From positions 3,552,001 to 3,616,000 of the forward strand of contig NZ_JAQNDL010000001.1 in the NCBI RefSeq assembly GCF_028368995.1: a stretch of 64,000 nt of DNA, in the 5' to 3' direction. Source of the stretch: Nannocystis bainbridge (GTDB taxonomy: Bacteria > Myxococcota_A > Polyangia > Nannocystales > Nannocystaceae). Positions 51,707 through 59,909 of the stretch are shown here, piece by piece. The translations under genes were made by a program, and so were the position numbers. How positions within the stretch are numbered: the stretch's first letter is position 1; every line of letters begins with the position of its first letter. The notes beneath the pieces were generated by a model. The model saw nothing but the letters and a program-made list of their open reading frames with translations, searched no databases and was not told the origin of the DNA.

Positions 51707-54256
51707 ATGTTGCGGTCGCCGCTCCGCCGCGCCTTCGCGGCGCTCTCGCTCGCCATCCCGCTCGGGTGCACCGACGACACCACCACGACCCTGGCGAGCG
51801 CCAGCGAGGTCACCAGCACGGGGATCGGCACCGACGGCACCGCGACCGACACGGACGGCCCGGTCCCCACCACCGGCGTCGGCACCACGACCACCGGCCC
51901 CGACCCGACCACCGGCCCGGTCCCCACCACCGGCGAGCCGCCGACGACCAGCACCACCGACGCGTCGACCACCACCGGCCCGTTCCCCACCATCAACCAG
52001 CCGCCGGTCGCCCTGGTCGATCACTACGTCACAAAGGCCAAGCAGGCGCTCTCGGTCAGCGCCGCCGAGGGCCTGCTCGCCAACGACTACGACGTCGACG
52101 GCGACCCGCTCACCCTCGTGTCCGCCGACCCGATCACCCCCGGCGGCGCCATGAACACCGCCTTCGTCGACGGCGGCTTCAACTACATGCCGCCCGCCAA
52201 GCTGTGGGGCAGCGACACCTTCCTCTACAAGATCTGGGACGGCAAGGACGGGTTCGCCCAGGCCCCCGCGCGCATCGAAGTGCGCCCGACCTCGATCGAC
52301 CTCGAGTACGTCGCCGACGGCATCGGCGGGTTCGCCATCGACGGCCAGGCGCCGGGCCACTACTCCGGGCGCAGCGTGCACGCCGTCGGCGACCTCGACG
52401 GCGACGGCCTCGCCGAGGTCGCGGTGGCCGCCCGCAACGCCGACGGCAACACCGGCCGCGTCTACGTCGTGCGCGGCAAGGTCGCCGGCGAGTCGGTCGC
52501 GCTCGGCAAGCTCGAGGCGCAGCAGCGCGGCTTCATCATCTATGGCGAGCTGCCCGGTGATTTCGCCGGCACCACGATCGCCGCCGCCGGCGACGTCGAC
52601 GGCGACGGCTTCGCCGACCTGGTGATCGGCGCACCGAAGGCCTCGACCAACGGCACCTCGTCGGGCTCGGCCTACGTGGTGTTCGGCAAGGACAACCTCG
52701 ACGCGGTCTATCTCGATGCGATCGCCTCGGGCGTCGGCGGGTTTGCGATCCTCGGCGAAAAGGCCGGCGACGGGGCCGGGCGCAGCGTCGCCGGCGCGGG
52801 CGACGTCGACGGCGACGGGCTCGCCGACCTCGTCATCGGCGCGTACGGAGCCGACCCCGGCGGCTCGTTCTCCGGCGCGGCCTACGTGGTGTTCGGCCAC
52901 GGCGAGGACAAGCCGACCCTGCTGGCCGACATCAGCGCCGGCGTCGGCGGCGGCTTCGCCATCAACGGCGAGGTCAGCCTCGATTTCGCCGGCTTCGCGG
53001 TCAGCGGCGCCGGCGACGTCGACGGCGATGGCCTCTCGGACATCCTCGTCGGCGCCTACGGCCACGACACCGCGGGCGACAGCGCCGGCCGCACGTACGT
53101 CGTCTACGGCAAGCCCGACCCGCAGGCGGTGCTTCTGACCGACGTCGCCGCCGGTCAGGGCGGGCGCGTGTTCGACGGCGCGAACGCCTACGACAAGTCG
53201 GGCTTCGCGGTCGCGGGCCTCGGCGACGTCGACGGCGACGGCTTCGCCGACCTGGCGATCGGCGCCCCGCTGGCCGACGCCGGCGGCGAGGACAGCGGCC
53301 GCGCCTACGTCGTGTTCGGCGGGCCCGACCTGGTCTCCGGCGCGCTGCCGGACCTCGCCAAGAGCCCGACCGGCTTCACGCTCGCGGGCGTGCAGGGCCG
53401 CGACTACGCCGGCACCTCGGTCGAGCGCGCCGGCGACGTCGACGGCGATGGCCACGACGACGTGCTGGTCGGCGCCCCCGGCTCCAACCCGCACGGCGGC
53501 GACTCCGGCCGCGGCTACGTGGTGTTCGGCGGGCCCGAGGTGCAGAGCACCTCGCTGGCGTGGCTCGAGAACGGCGACGGCGGGTTCTCGCTGGCCGGCG
53601 AGGCGACCGAGGACTACTGCGGGTTTTCGGTCGCGCCCGCCGGCGACGTCAACGGCGACGGCCACGCCGACGTGATCGTCGGCGCCCGCGGCAACGACGG
53701 CAAGGGCGAGGACGCCGGCCGCAGCTACGTGGTGTTCGGCGGCAACTTCAGCGGCGCCTCTCACATGTCCTACGGGCCAGGTCCGGAGAACATCGCCGGC
53801 ACGCCCGCGGGCGAGTCGCTGATCGCCGGCCGCGGCAACGACGTCATCGCGGTCGAGGGCCCCGACGTGGTCTATGCCGGCGCCGGCGACGACGACCTCG
53901 ACTGCGCCGGGACCGATTTTGTCCGCCTCGACGGCGGCGCCGGCCGCGACACGCTGCGCCTCGCCGGCCAGGGCCTCTCCCTCGACCTCACGGTCCGCTC
54001 GGAGCTCGACGTGGTCGACATCGAGGTGGTCGACCTCGGCGACGGCAACACCCTGAAGCTCGAGTGGCGCGACCTCCGGGCCCTGTCCTCCCGCACCCAC
54101 GCGCTGACGGTCGACGGCCAGTCCGGCACCCTCACGGCCGACCTCGGCGGCGCCGGCTTCGTCGACGCCGGGGTCCAGAACGGCTACCAGGTCTACCAGA
54201 GCCCGACGTTCACCCTCCGGGTCGCGCCCGCGATCGCGTCGCAGGTCATCCTCTGA
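51707..54256 (+). CDS. FG-GAP/integrin-alpha repeat lipoprotein with Ig-like domain
   Basis: LGC lipobox, Thr-rich linker, GLLANDYDVDGD Ig-like domain, seven GD(V/L)(D/N)GDG repeats, RTX-like GAGDD tail. Confidence 0.9.
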   Translation: MLRSPLRRAFAALSLAIPLGCTDDTTTTLASASEVTSTGIGTDGTATDTDGPVPTTGVGTTTTGPDPTTGPVPTTGEPPTTSTTDASTTTGPFPTINQPPVALVDHYVTKAKQALSVSAAEGLLANDYDVDGDPLTLVSADPITPGGAMNTAFVDGGFNYMPPAKLWGSDTFLYKIWDGKDGFAQAPARIEVRPTSIDLEYVADGIGGFAIDGQAPGHYSGRSVHAVGDLDGDGLAEVAVAARNADGNTGRVYVVRGKVAGESVALGKLEAQQRGFIIYGELPGDFAGTTIAAAGDVDGDGFADLVIGAPKASTNGTSSGSAYVVFGKDNLDAVYLDAIASGVGGFAILGEKAGDGAGRSVAGAGDVDGDGLADLVIGAYGADPGGSFSGAAYVVFGHGEDKPTLLADISAGVGGGFAINGEVSLDFAGFAVSGAGDVDGDGLSDILVGAYGHDTAGDSAGRTYVVYGKPDPQAVLLTDVAAGQGGRVFDGANAYDKSGFAVAGLGDVDGDGFADLAIGAPLADAGGEDSGRAYVVFGGPDLVSGALPDLAKSPTGFTLAGVQGRDYAGTSVERAGDVDGDGHDDVLVGAPGSNPHGGDSGRGYVVFGGPEVQSTSLAWLENGDGGFSLAGEATEDYCGFSVAPAGDVNGDGHADVIVGARGNDGKGEDAGRSYVVFGGNFSGASHMSYGPGPENIAGTPAGESLIAGRGNDVIAVEGPDVVYAGAGDDDLDCAGTDFVRLDGGAGRDTLRLAGQGLSLDLTVRSELDVVDIEVVDLGDGNTLKLEWRDLRALSSRTHALTVDGQSGTLTADLGGAGFVDAGVQNGYQVYQSPTFTLRVAPAIASQVIL

Positions 54257-54258
54257 GG

Positions 54259-54328
54259 TGCACTCGAGAGCATGTCCCGAGGGGCATGCTCTGAGAGACA
54301 TGCCCTTCGGAGCATGCCCGAACAGACA
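54259..54328. repeat. Array of five 14-bp units
   Basis: TGCAC TCGA GAGCA|TGTCC CGAG GGGCA|TGCTC TGAG AGACA|TGCCC TTCG GAGCA|TGCCC GAAC AGACA. Confidence 0.9.
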
Positions 54329-54666
54329 TATCATCGAGGCGGCCGCTGCTCGCGTCACGCGACCCGACCGCCCCGACGCGAACGGTCACGCCGCCTCGCG
54401 GCACGAACCATCGGCGCGACGCGGCCCGCTGGCGCTCGCGCCATCGCCTGCCGACGCTCGCCGCCGCCGCTCGTCCGCCGCGATGCGACGCGTCACCGCT
54501 CGCTCCCCGGTCCGCTCCGCAGCGATCGCAACCTCGCGTCACGCTCGACCGCGACGCCGCGCTGAAACGACGCGACCGCACCGCTCGCGCCTATCGCGAC
54601 ACTCGCGGCCGCGTCATCGCTCGCCCGCCGCGCCCGCCCGCGCGGCGAGCCTGCTATCGTCGGCGC

Positions 54667-55713
54667 ATGGGCGAACGCCTCGAGGTCCTGAGCTCGCGTC
54701 ACTTCCCCGGCCTGCTCGCCGAGCTCGGCGTCAGCCTGGCGTTCACCACCTACCAGGCTGGCAAGCTGTTCCTGCTCGGCAGCGGCGAGCACGGTCGGCT
54801 GTCGCTGTTCGAGCGCACCTTCGCCCGCTGCATGGGCCTGTGCGTCGACGGCGACTCGCTGTGGCTGGCGACGCTCTATCAACTGTGGCGCCTCGACAAC
54901 GCCTTGCCCGCGGGCCAGACCCACGACGGCTACGACCGCCTGTACGTGCCGCGCGTCGCCCACACCACCGGCGACCTCGACGTGCACGATCTGGCGATCG
55001 ATCGCGCCGGCCGCCCGGTGTTCGTCAACACCCTGTTCAGCTGCCTGGCCACCCTGGCCCCGCGCGCCAGCTTCGCCCCGCTGTGGCGCCCGCCGTTCAT
55101 CTCGCGCCTGGCCGCCGAAGACCGCTGCCACCTCAATGGCCTGGCGCTGCAGGACGGCAGCCCTGCGTTCGTCACCGCGGTCGGCCGCAGCGACGTCGCC
55201 GACGGCTGGCGCGACCATCGGCGCGGCGGCGGCGTGGTCCTCGACGTGCGCACCGACGCGGTCGTCGCCGAGGGCCTTTCGATGCCCCACTCGCCGCGGC
55301 TGCACGCCGGCGCGCTGTGGCTGCTCGAGGCCGGCACGGGCTTCCTCGGCAAGCTCGACGCCGCCGGCAAGTTCGAGCCGGTCTGCTTCTGCCCCGGCTA
55401 CGCCCGCGGCCTGTGCTTCGCCGGCCCGTACGCGATCGTCGGCCTTTCGAAGCCTCGCGGCAGCCGCACGTTCGCCGGCCTCGAGCTCGAGACGAACCTG
55501 GCCGCCCGCAACGCAGAGCCCCGCTGCGGCCTTCTGGTCGTCGACACCCGCACCGGCGAGGTGGCCCACTGGCTCCGCCTCGACGGGGTGGTCGAGGAGC
55601 TCTACGACGTGGCGGTCCTGCCCGCGGTCCGCCGCCCGATGGCGCTGGGCCTGATGACGGAGGAGATCCACCGCACGATCACGATCGCCGACCCGGCCCC
55701 GCTGCGCCCGTGA
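54667..55713 (+). CDS. TIGR03032 (DUF4915) family protein
   Basis: FTTYQAGKL, TGDLDVHD, FVNTLFSCL, EDRCHLNG, GLSMPHSPR. Confidence 0.85.
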   Translation: MGERLEVLSSRHFPGLLAELGVSLAFTTYQAGKLFLLGSGEHGRLSLFERTFARCMGLCVDGDSLWLATLYQLWRLDNALPAGQTHDGYDRLYVPRVAHTTGDLDVHDLAIDRAGRPVFVNTLFSCLATLAPRASFAPLWRPPFISRLAAEDRCHLNGLALQDGSPAFVTAVGRSDVADGWRDHRRGGGVVLDVRTDAVVAEGLSMPHSPRLHAGALWLLEAGTGFLGKLDAAGKFEPVCFCPGYARGLCFAGPYAIVGLSKPRGSRTFAGLELETNLAARNAEPRCGLLVVDTRTGEVAHWLRLDGVVEELYDVAVLPAVRRPMALGLMTEEIHRTITIADPAPLRP

Positions 55714-55736
55714 TGCGTGTCCGACGAGGAATCACA

Positions 55737-56005
55737 TGTCCCTTCGGACATGTCTGTCGCACCGCGTTCCGCAGCTCGCGGTCGCCGGCTCGCTCGCATC
55801 GTCTTGCGTGTTCGGCAGCGACGGGCCGGTCGCGTCCCGCCACCGAACGGCGAGCGTCGCATCGCCACACGGCCCCGACGGTCCACGCCCTTCGTCACCG
55901 AGGCTGCGAGGAGCGGGCCATTCGCCGCCGTTGACATGACCTCCGAGACGCAACCCGGAGCAACCGTCGGACGACGCACGCCCCCATGTCCCTTCGGACA
56001 TGTTC
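55737..56005. repeat. Two identical TGTCCCTTCGGACA units (55737, 55987) plus degenerate copies
   Basis: CATGTCCCTTCGGACATGT occurs at both ends of the intergenic region. Confidence 0.75.
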
Positions 56006-56010
56006 CATCA

Positions 56011-57762
56011 TCACGGCTGCGCGCGTTCGCAGGCCAGCAGCGCCTCGAAAGTCGCCCACGCCTTGCCGCCGCGCGCCTTGAGCCGCCCCGCGAGGACCCG
56101 GTTGGCCAGCGCGCGCACCAGCCGCTCGAGCCGCGCGCTGCGGACCAGCAGCTCCGCGACCTCCGCCTGGACCGCCCCGACTGCGGCCCCCGCCGCCTCG
56201 AACTCCGAGTACGCCGCGCTGCCGGTCAGCGCTGCCTCGATCTCGGCGCGGTGATGCTTCAACGTCGACGCGAAGTCGGGGTGCCACGGATCGTCGAGCA
56301 CAGGGAAGCGCGCCAGCAGCTCGGCCGCCACCGCGCGGTAGGCCGCGTCCTCGCGCTCGCTCGCCGCCCCGAGGCGCCCGTACGCCTCGTCCATCGCTTT
56401 TAATAAAGTTTGTTCGAGGTCGGCGGCGGCCTCGGCCTCGCGGCCCGCGTAGCCGAGCTCCGCCGTCAGCGCGGCGATCACCGCGTCCTCCTCGACCAGC
56501 GCCGCCGGGCGCGACTTCCCGCGGTTCGGCGCCGCCGCCCGCAGCCACCGCTCCGAGGTCGTCGTCGGCACGTCGATCCCCTGCCCGGCGATCCGCGCTC
56601 GCGCGTGCGCCTCGAGCGGCGACACCTTGCCGTCGCCGTCGAGGTCGAGCTGTGCCACTGGCAGCGGTTGACCCGCGCGATCGCGGCCGCGCAGCGCATT
56701 CAAAAAGTGCAGCGCGTAGCCCTCCTGGGCTGCGCGATCGGGGTTCGGATCGCAGCCCGACGCCTCGCGCTCGGCCGTCGCCGCGAACAGCCCGCAGCGC
56801 AGCGTCGCCGCCGGCCCCACCGCCGGCTCGCCCTTTTTAAAAAGGGCATCGGCGAACGCGCCTGAAAAGCAGCTCGTCGCCACGATCTGCACCGGGCGTT
56901 CGCCCGCGTCCAGCGCCTCGGCAAGATCGGCCACCTGCAGCGACGTCTGGCCCCACAGCCCGAGACCGCCGTGGCGCGGCGTCTCGCCGCGCTCGCCGTG
57001 GCCCGCGAGGTACAGCCGCAGCAGCGGCCCCGGCTCGGCGACCGCCTGCTTCACCGCTGCCAGCGCGTTGGCCCGCGTGGCCGCGGCCAGCGGCGACAGC
57101 TGCGTCGGCCGATAGCTCGCCTCCCGCCCGCCTCGCGGCGCGAACAGCTGCGCCAGCCTGGCCAGCAGCGGATCGCCGCGCGCCTCCGCGTCCTCGACCT
57201 GCACCCCGTGGCTGCCCGGCCCGCCCGCGAACAGCAGCGCACCACCTGTCCCGAAGACCTCTTTTGCGAGCAGCAGGTCCTGCTCGATCGACACCTGATT
57301 GAACTCCGGCGTCGCACCGCCGCCGATCGCCAACCAGCGCAGCGAGGGCAGCGGCGCCGGCAGCTCCCCATGCACCGGCCCGACCCCCAACGGCGATGAA
57401 TCACTCCCTCGCGGCACTGCGCCCGCGCCGTCACCCGCCGCATTCGTGCTCGTGATGTCCGGGCTCACCGCGCCCGCGCCGTCACGCGCCGCATTCGTGC
57501 TCGTTATCCCCGCACTCACCGATTCCACGCCCGCCACGCCCAGCCCCGCATCGGCGTGATTCGCCACGCCCACGGTGAGGCTCGAGTGCATCGCGCTGCC
57601 CGCCGCACGCGACCTCGCATCACTCGCCTGCGTCGCAGCCTCGTTCGCGCTCGCCGGGCCTGCATCCGCGGCCGCGCTCGCTGGCGGCGGCGTGCACGAG
57701 CCCATCAGCCCCGCGACCGCCATCGCGGCCACCGCCACCCTGCCTCGCCTCGTCCGGCTCAC
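56011..57762 (-). CDS. Lipoprotein with caspase-like (clan CD) peptidase motifs
   Basis: GSC lipobox; LYLAGHG and VATSCFSG His/Cys dyad motifs; EF-hand-like DLDGDGKVS. Confidence 0.65.
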   Translation of the reverse strand: MSRTRRGRVAVAAMAVAGLMGSCTPPPASAAADAGPASANEAATQASDARSRAAGSAMHSSLTVGVANHADAGLGVAGVESVSAGITSTNAARDGAGAVSPDITSTNAAGDGAGAVPRGSDSSPLGVGPVHGELPAPLPSLRWLAIGGGATPEFNQVSIEQDLLLAKEVFGTGGALLFAGGPGSHGVQVEDAEARGDPLLARLAQLFAPRGGREASYRPTQLSPLAAATRANALAAVKQAVAEPGPLLRLYLAGHGERGETPRHGGLGLWGQTSLQVADLAEALDAGERPVQIVATSCFSGAFADALFKKGEPAVGPAATLRCGLFAATAEREASGCDPNPDRAAQEGYALHFLNALRGRDRAGQPLPVAQLDLDGDGKVSPLEAHARARIAGQGIDVPTTTSERWLRAAAPNRGKSRPAALVEEDAVIAALTAELGYAGREAEAAADLEQTLLKAMDEAYGRLGAASEREDAAYRAVAAELLARFPVLDDPWHPDFASTLKHHRAEIEAALTGSAAYSEFEAAGAAVGAVQAEVAELLVRSARLERLVRALANRVLAGRLKARGGKAWATFEALLACERAQP

Positions 57763-57852
57763 GACCCGCCGACGATACGACCTCCCGCGGTCCGGCGAAA
57801 GCCGGCGCCCGGGCGTCTGCGGCGCGAATTCACCGGTTCCCGCGATCCATGC

Positions 57853-57883
57853 TTGACTCTCCAGCTACGGGAGGCTCCACGGT
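57853..57883 (+). promoter_or_regulatory. MerR-type promoter/operator (19-bp spacer)
   Basis: TTGACT-19 nt (contains CTCC...GGAG dyad)-CACGGT, 6 nt before the ATG. Confidence 0.6.
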
Positions 57884-57889
57884 GTCGCC

Positions 57890-58819
57890 ATGGTGAACGA
57901 GCGAATCACGATCGGCGCGCTCGCGCGTCGGTCGGGCGTGCCGGTCAAGACCCTGCGCTTCTACTCCGACGAGGGGCTCCTGCCGCCCGTCGGGCGGACG
58001 CACAGCGGCTACCGCGTCTACGCCGAGGACGCGATCGTGCGGCTCGACCTGATCCGCACCCTGCGCGAGGCCGGGCTGGCGATCGCCGCCATCAAGGCGA
58101 TCCTCGCCCGCGACATGACCCTGGCCGAGGCCCTGCGCCTGCGGCTCGGCGCCGTCGAGGCCCACATCGCCTCGCTGCAGCACATCGCCGCGGCCCTGCG
58201 CGCCACGCTTCGCTCCGAGCCTGAACCTGCAGACATCCGGAGGTTGAGTACCGTGACCCGAATTACCAGTGACCAACGCAAAGCCATCATCGAGCGCTTC
58301 CACCAGCAGATCTCCGAGGGCGTGCCGATTGACGACACCTGGAAGCGCCAGGTCATGCAGGCGAGCACGCCGACCCTGCCGGAGGTGCCGACGCCCGAGC
58401 AGCTCGACGCGTGGATCGAGCTGACGGAGCTGGTCCAGGACGAGGCGTTCGTCGCGACGATGCGCGCCGCCGCGGCCGAGACCTGGAACTCCGGCTTCGA
58501 CGCCGTCGTGCACCAGCGCGTCAGCCACGAGGCCCACGCGGCCGCCCGCGAGCTCATCGCCCGCGGCGTCGCCCCGACCGACGCCGCCGCCCGCGCCGTC
58601 GTCGACCGCATGGCCGCCGGCCTCGCCGCCGCCCGGGGCGAGCCCGACACGCCCGCCTGGCGCGCCACCCTGCACGAGAAGAGCCGCGGCCACGACCCGC
58701 GCACGACTCGCTACTGGCAGCTCGCCGCCATCCTCAAGGGCGAGCCGCTCCAGGGCGGTCCGGGCGAGGAGTGGCACTGGCTCAACGCCGCCGTCGCCCA
58801 CCAGCTCGCGCCGGACTGA
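57890..58819 (+). CDS. MerR-family transcriptional regulator
   Basis: TIGALARRSGVPVKTLRFY...GYRVY; helical C-terminal domain (TipAS-like possible). Confidence 0.93.
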   Translation: MVNERITIGALARRSGVPVKTLRFYSDEGLLPPVGRTHSGYRVYAEDAIVRLDLIRTLREAGLAIAAIKAILARDMTLAEALRLRLGAVEAHIASLQHIAAALRATLRSEPEPADIRRLSTVTRITSDQRKAIIERFHQQISEGVPIDDTWKRQVMQASTPTLPEVPTPEQLDAWIELTELVQDEAFVATMRAAAAETWNSGFDAVVHQRVSHEAHAAARELIARGVAPTDAAARAVVDRMAAGLAAARGEPDTPAWRATLHEKSRGHDPRTTRYWQLAAILKGEPLQGGPGEEWHWLNAAVAHQLAPD

Positions 58820-58908
58820 CTCGCGGGACATGTCCGATCGGACATCGACGCCTTCACGCGGCCCTTTCGGCCGCGTGACCGAGCGGACATGTCCTTGAAG
58901 ACATGCTC
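58817..58908. repeat. Two doublets of 14-bp units between convergent genes
   Basis: TGACT CGCG GGACA|TGTCC GATC GGACA and TGACC GAGC GGACA|TGTCC TTGA AGACA|TGCTC. Confidence 0.85.
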
Positions 58909-59548
58909 ACTCCTCGCGCGCCACCGACGAAGCGATCAGCACCTGCGCAACCCAGTAGAGCACCATCAACAGCACCTCGACCCCGAGCGACCAGGCGATG
59001 AAGCGGTTGACGGCGATCAGCGTGTCGCTCAGCGCGAACGCGATCGCCCCGGCCAGCCCGGCCCACGCGCGGCCCTCCTGGCCCGGGCGTTCGCCGACCT
59101 GGGCGGCCGCGCGCCACATCATCGCGCAGATCACGATCACGTAGGCCAGCACCGGCCCGCGCAGCTCGCCGAGGTTCGGCGCCAGCCAGCCGTACACCGA
59201 CCAGCCGAACGCGACGATCGGCGCCAGCCGCAGCAGGTGCAGCGCGCGCGTGCGGCCGACGAACGCGGCCACGTAGGCCACGTGGGCCAGCAGGAACGCC
59301 GCCAGCCCGGCGATGAACAGGTCGATCGCCTCGGCGAGCAGGATGTCGCCGAGCAGCGAGAGCACGAGGCCCGCGCGGAGCCGCCTGGCATCGGCGCCGC
59401 GCACCGGCCACAGCCACGCCAGCACGCACAGCACCGGGATCGGCTTGAGCAGCAGGCAGGCGAGCTTCCACTCGGCGATCAGCGCGACGAAGAACAGCGC
59501 CGCGGCGACGAGCCCGACGCGCACCAACTGGACCGACCGGCGAGACAC
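58907..59548 (-). CDS. YhhN/lysoplasmalogenase family membrane protein
   Basis: LKPIP, GDILL, GLAAFLLAHVAY, FALSD, YWVAQ. Confidence 0.9.
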   Translation of the reverse strand: MSRRSVQLVRVGLVAAALFFVALIAEWKLACLLLKPIPVLCVLAWLWPVRGADARRLRAGLVLSLLGDILLAEAIDLFIAGLAAFLLAHVAYVAAFVGRTRALHLLRLAPIVAFGWSVYGWLAPNLGELRGPVLAYVIVICAMMWRAAAQVGERPGQEGRAWAGLAGAIAFALSDTLIAVNRFIAWSLGVEVLLMVLYWVAQVLIASSVAREE

Positions 59549-59650
59549 GCGCACGAGGATCGCCGAGCCCGCGCCCGCACGCGAGCCCGAAGTTGACCCG
59601 GCGCGAATTCGCCCGACTCGAACCGCGAAGACCGGGCCTGACCCATGGCC

Positions 59651-59907
59651 TGTCCTGAGGGACAGGCGTCCCGACGCGAGCCCGACTTCCCGTGTTGGCC
59701 TCTCCGCCGCCCATCCCATGTCCGAACGGACAGGCAGCCAGGGCGAGCCCGTTCACCCCGGCCTATGGCCTGTCCAAACGAACCGGTGCGGTGAGCCGAC
59801 GTGCCGGGCGATCAGCCCCTCGCGCCGCTGCCCCCGACCTGTCCGAACGGACAGGCGACGAGAGGCGCCGCCCCTCCGCCGCCTCCCATCACATGTCCGA
59901 AAGGTCA
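59651..59907. repeat. Five singleton 14-bp units
   Basis: TGTCC TGAG GGACA (59651), TGTCC GAAC GGACA (59719, 59840), TGTCC AAAC GAACC (59771), TGTCC GAAA GGTCA (59894). Confidence 0.85.
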
Positions 59908-59909
59908 GC

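Noticed and set aside
54330-54660. CG-rich intergenic stretch as an ncRNA or repeat
   Set aside because: Only low-complexity CGCGAC-type words; no defined repeat unit or recognisable RNA structure.
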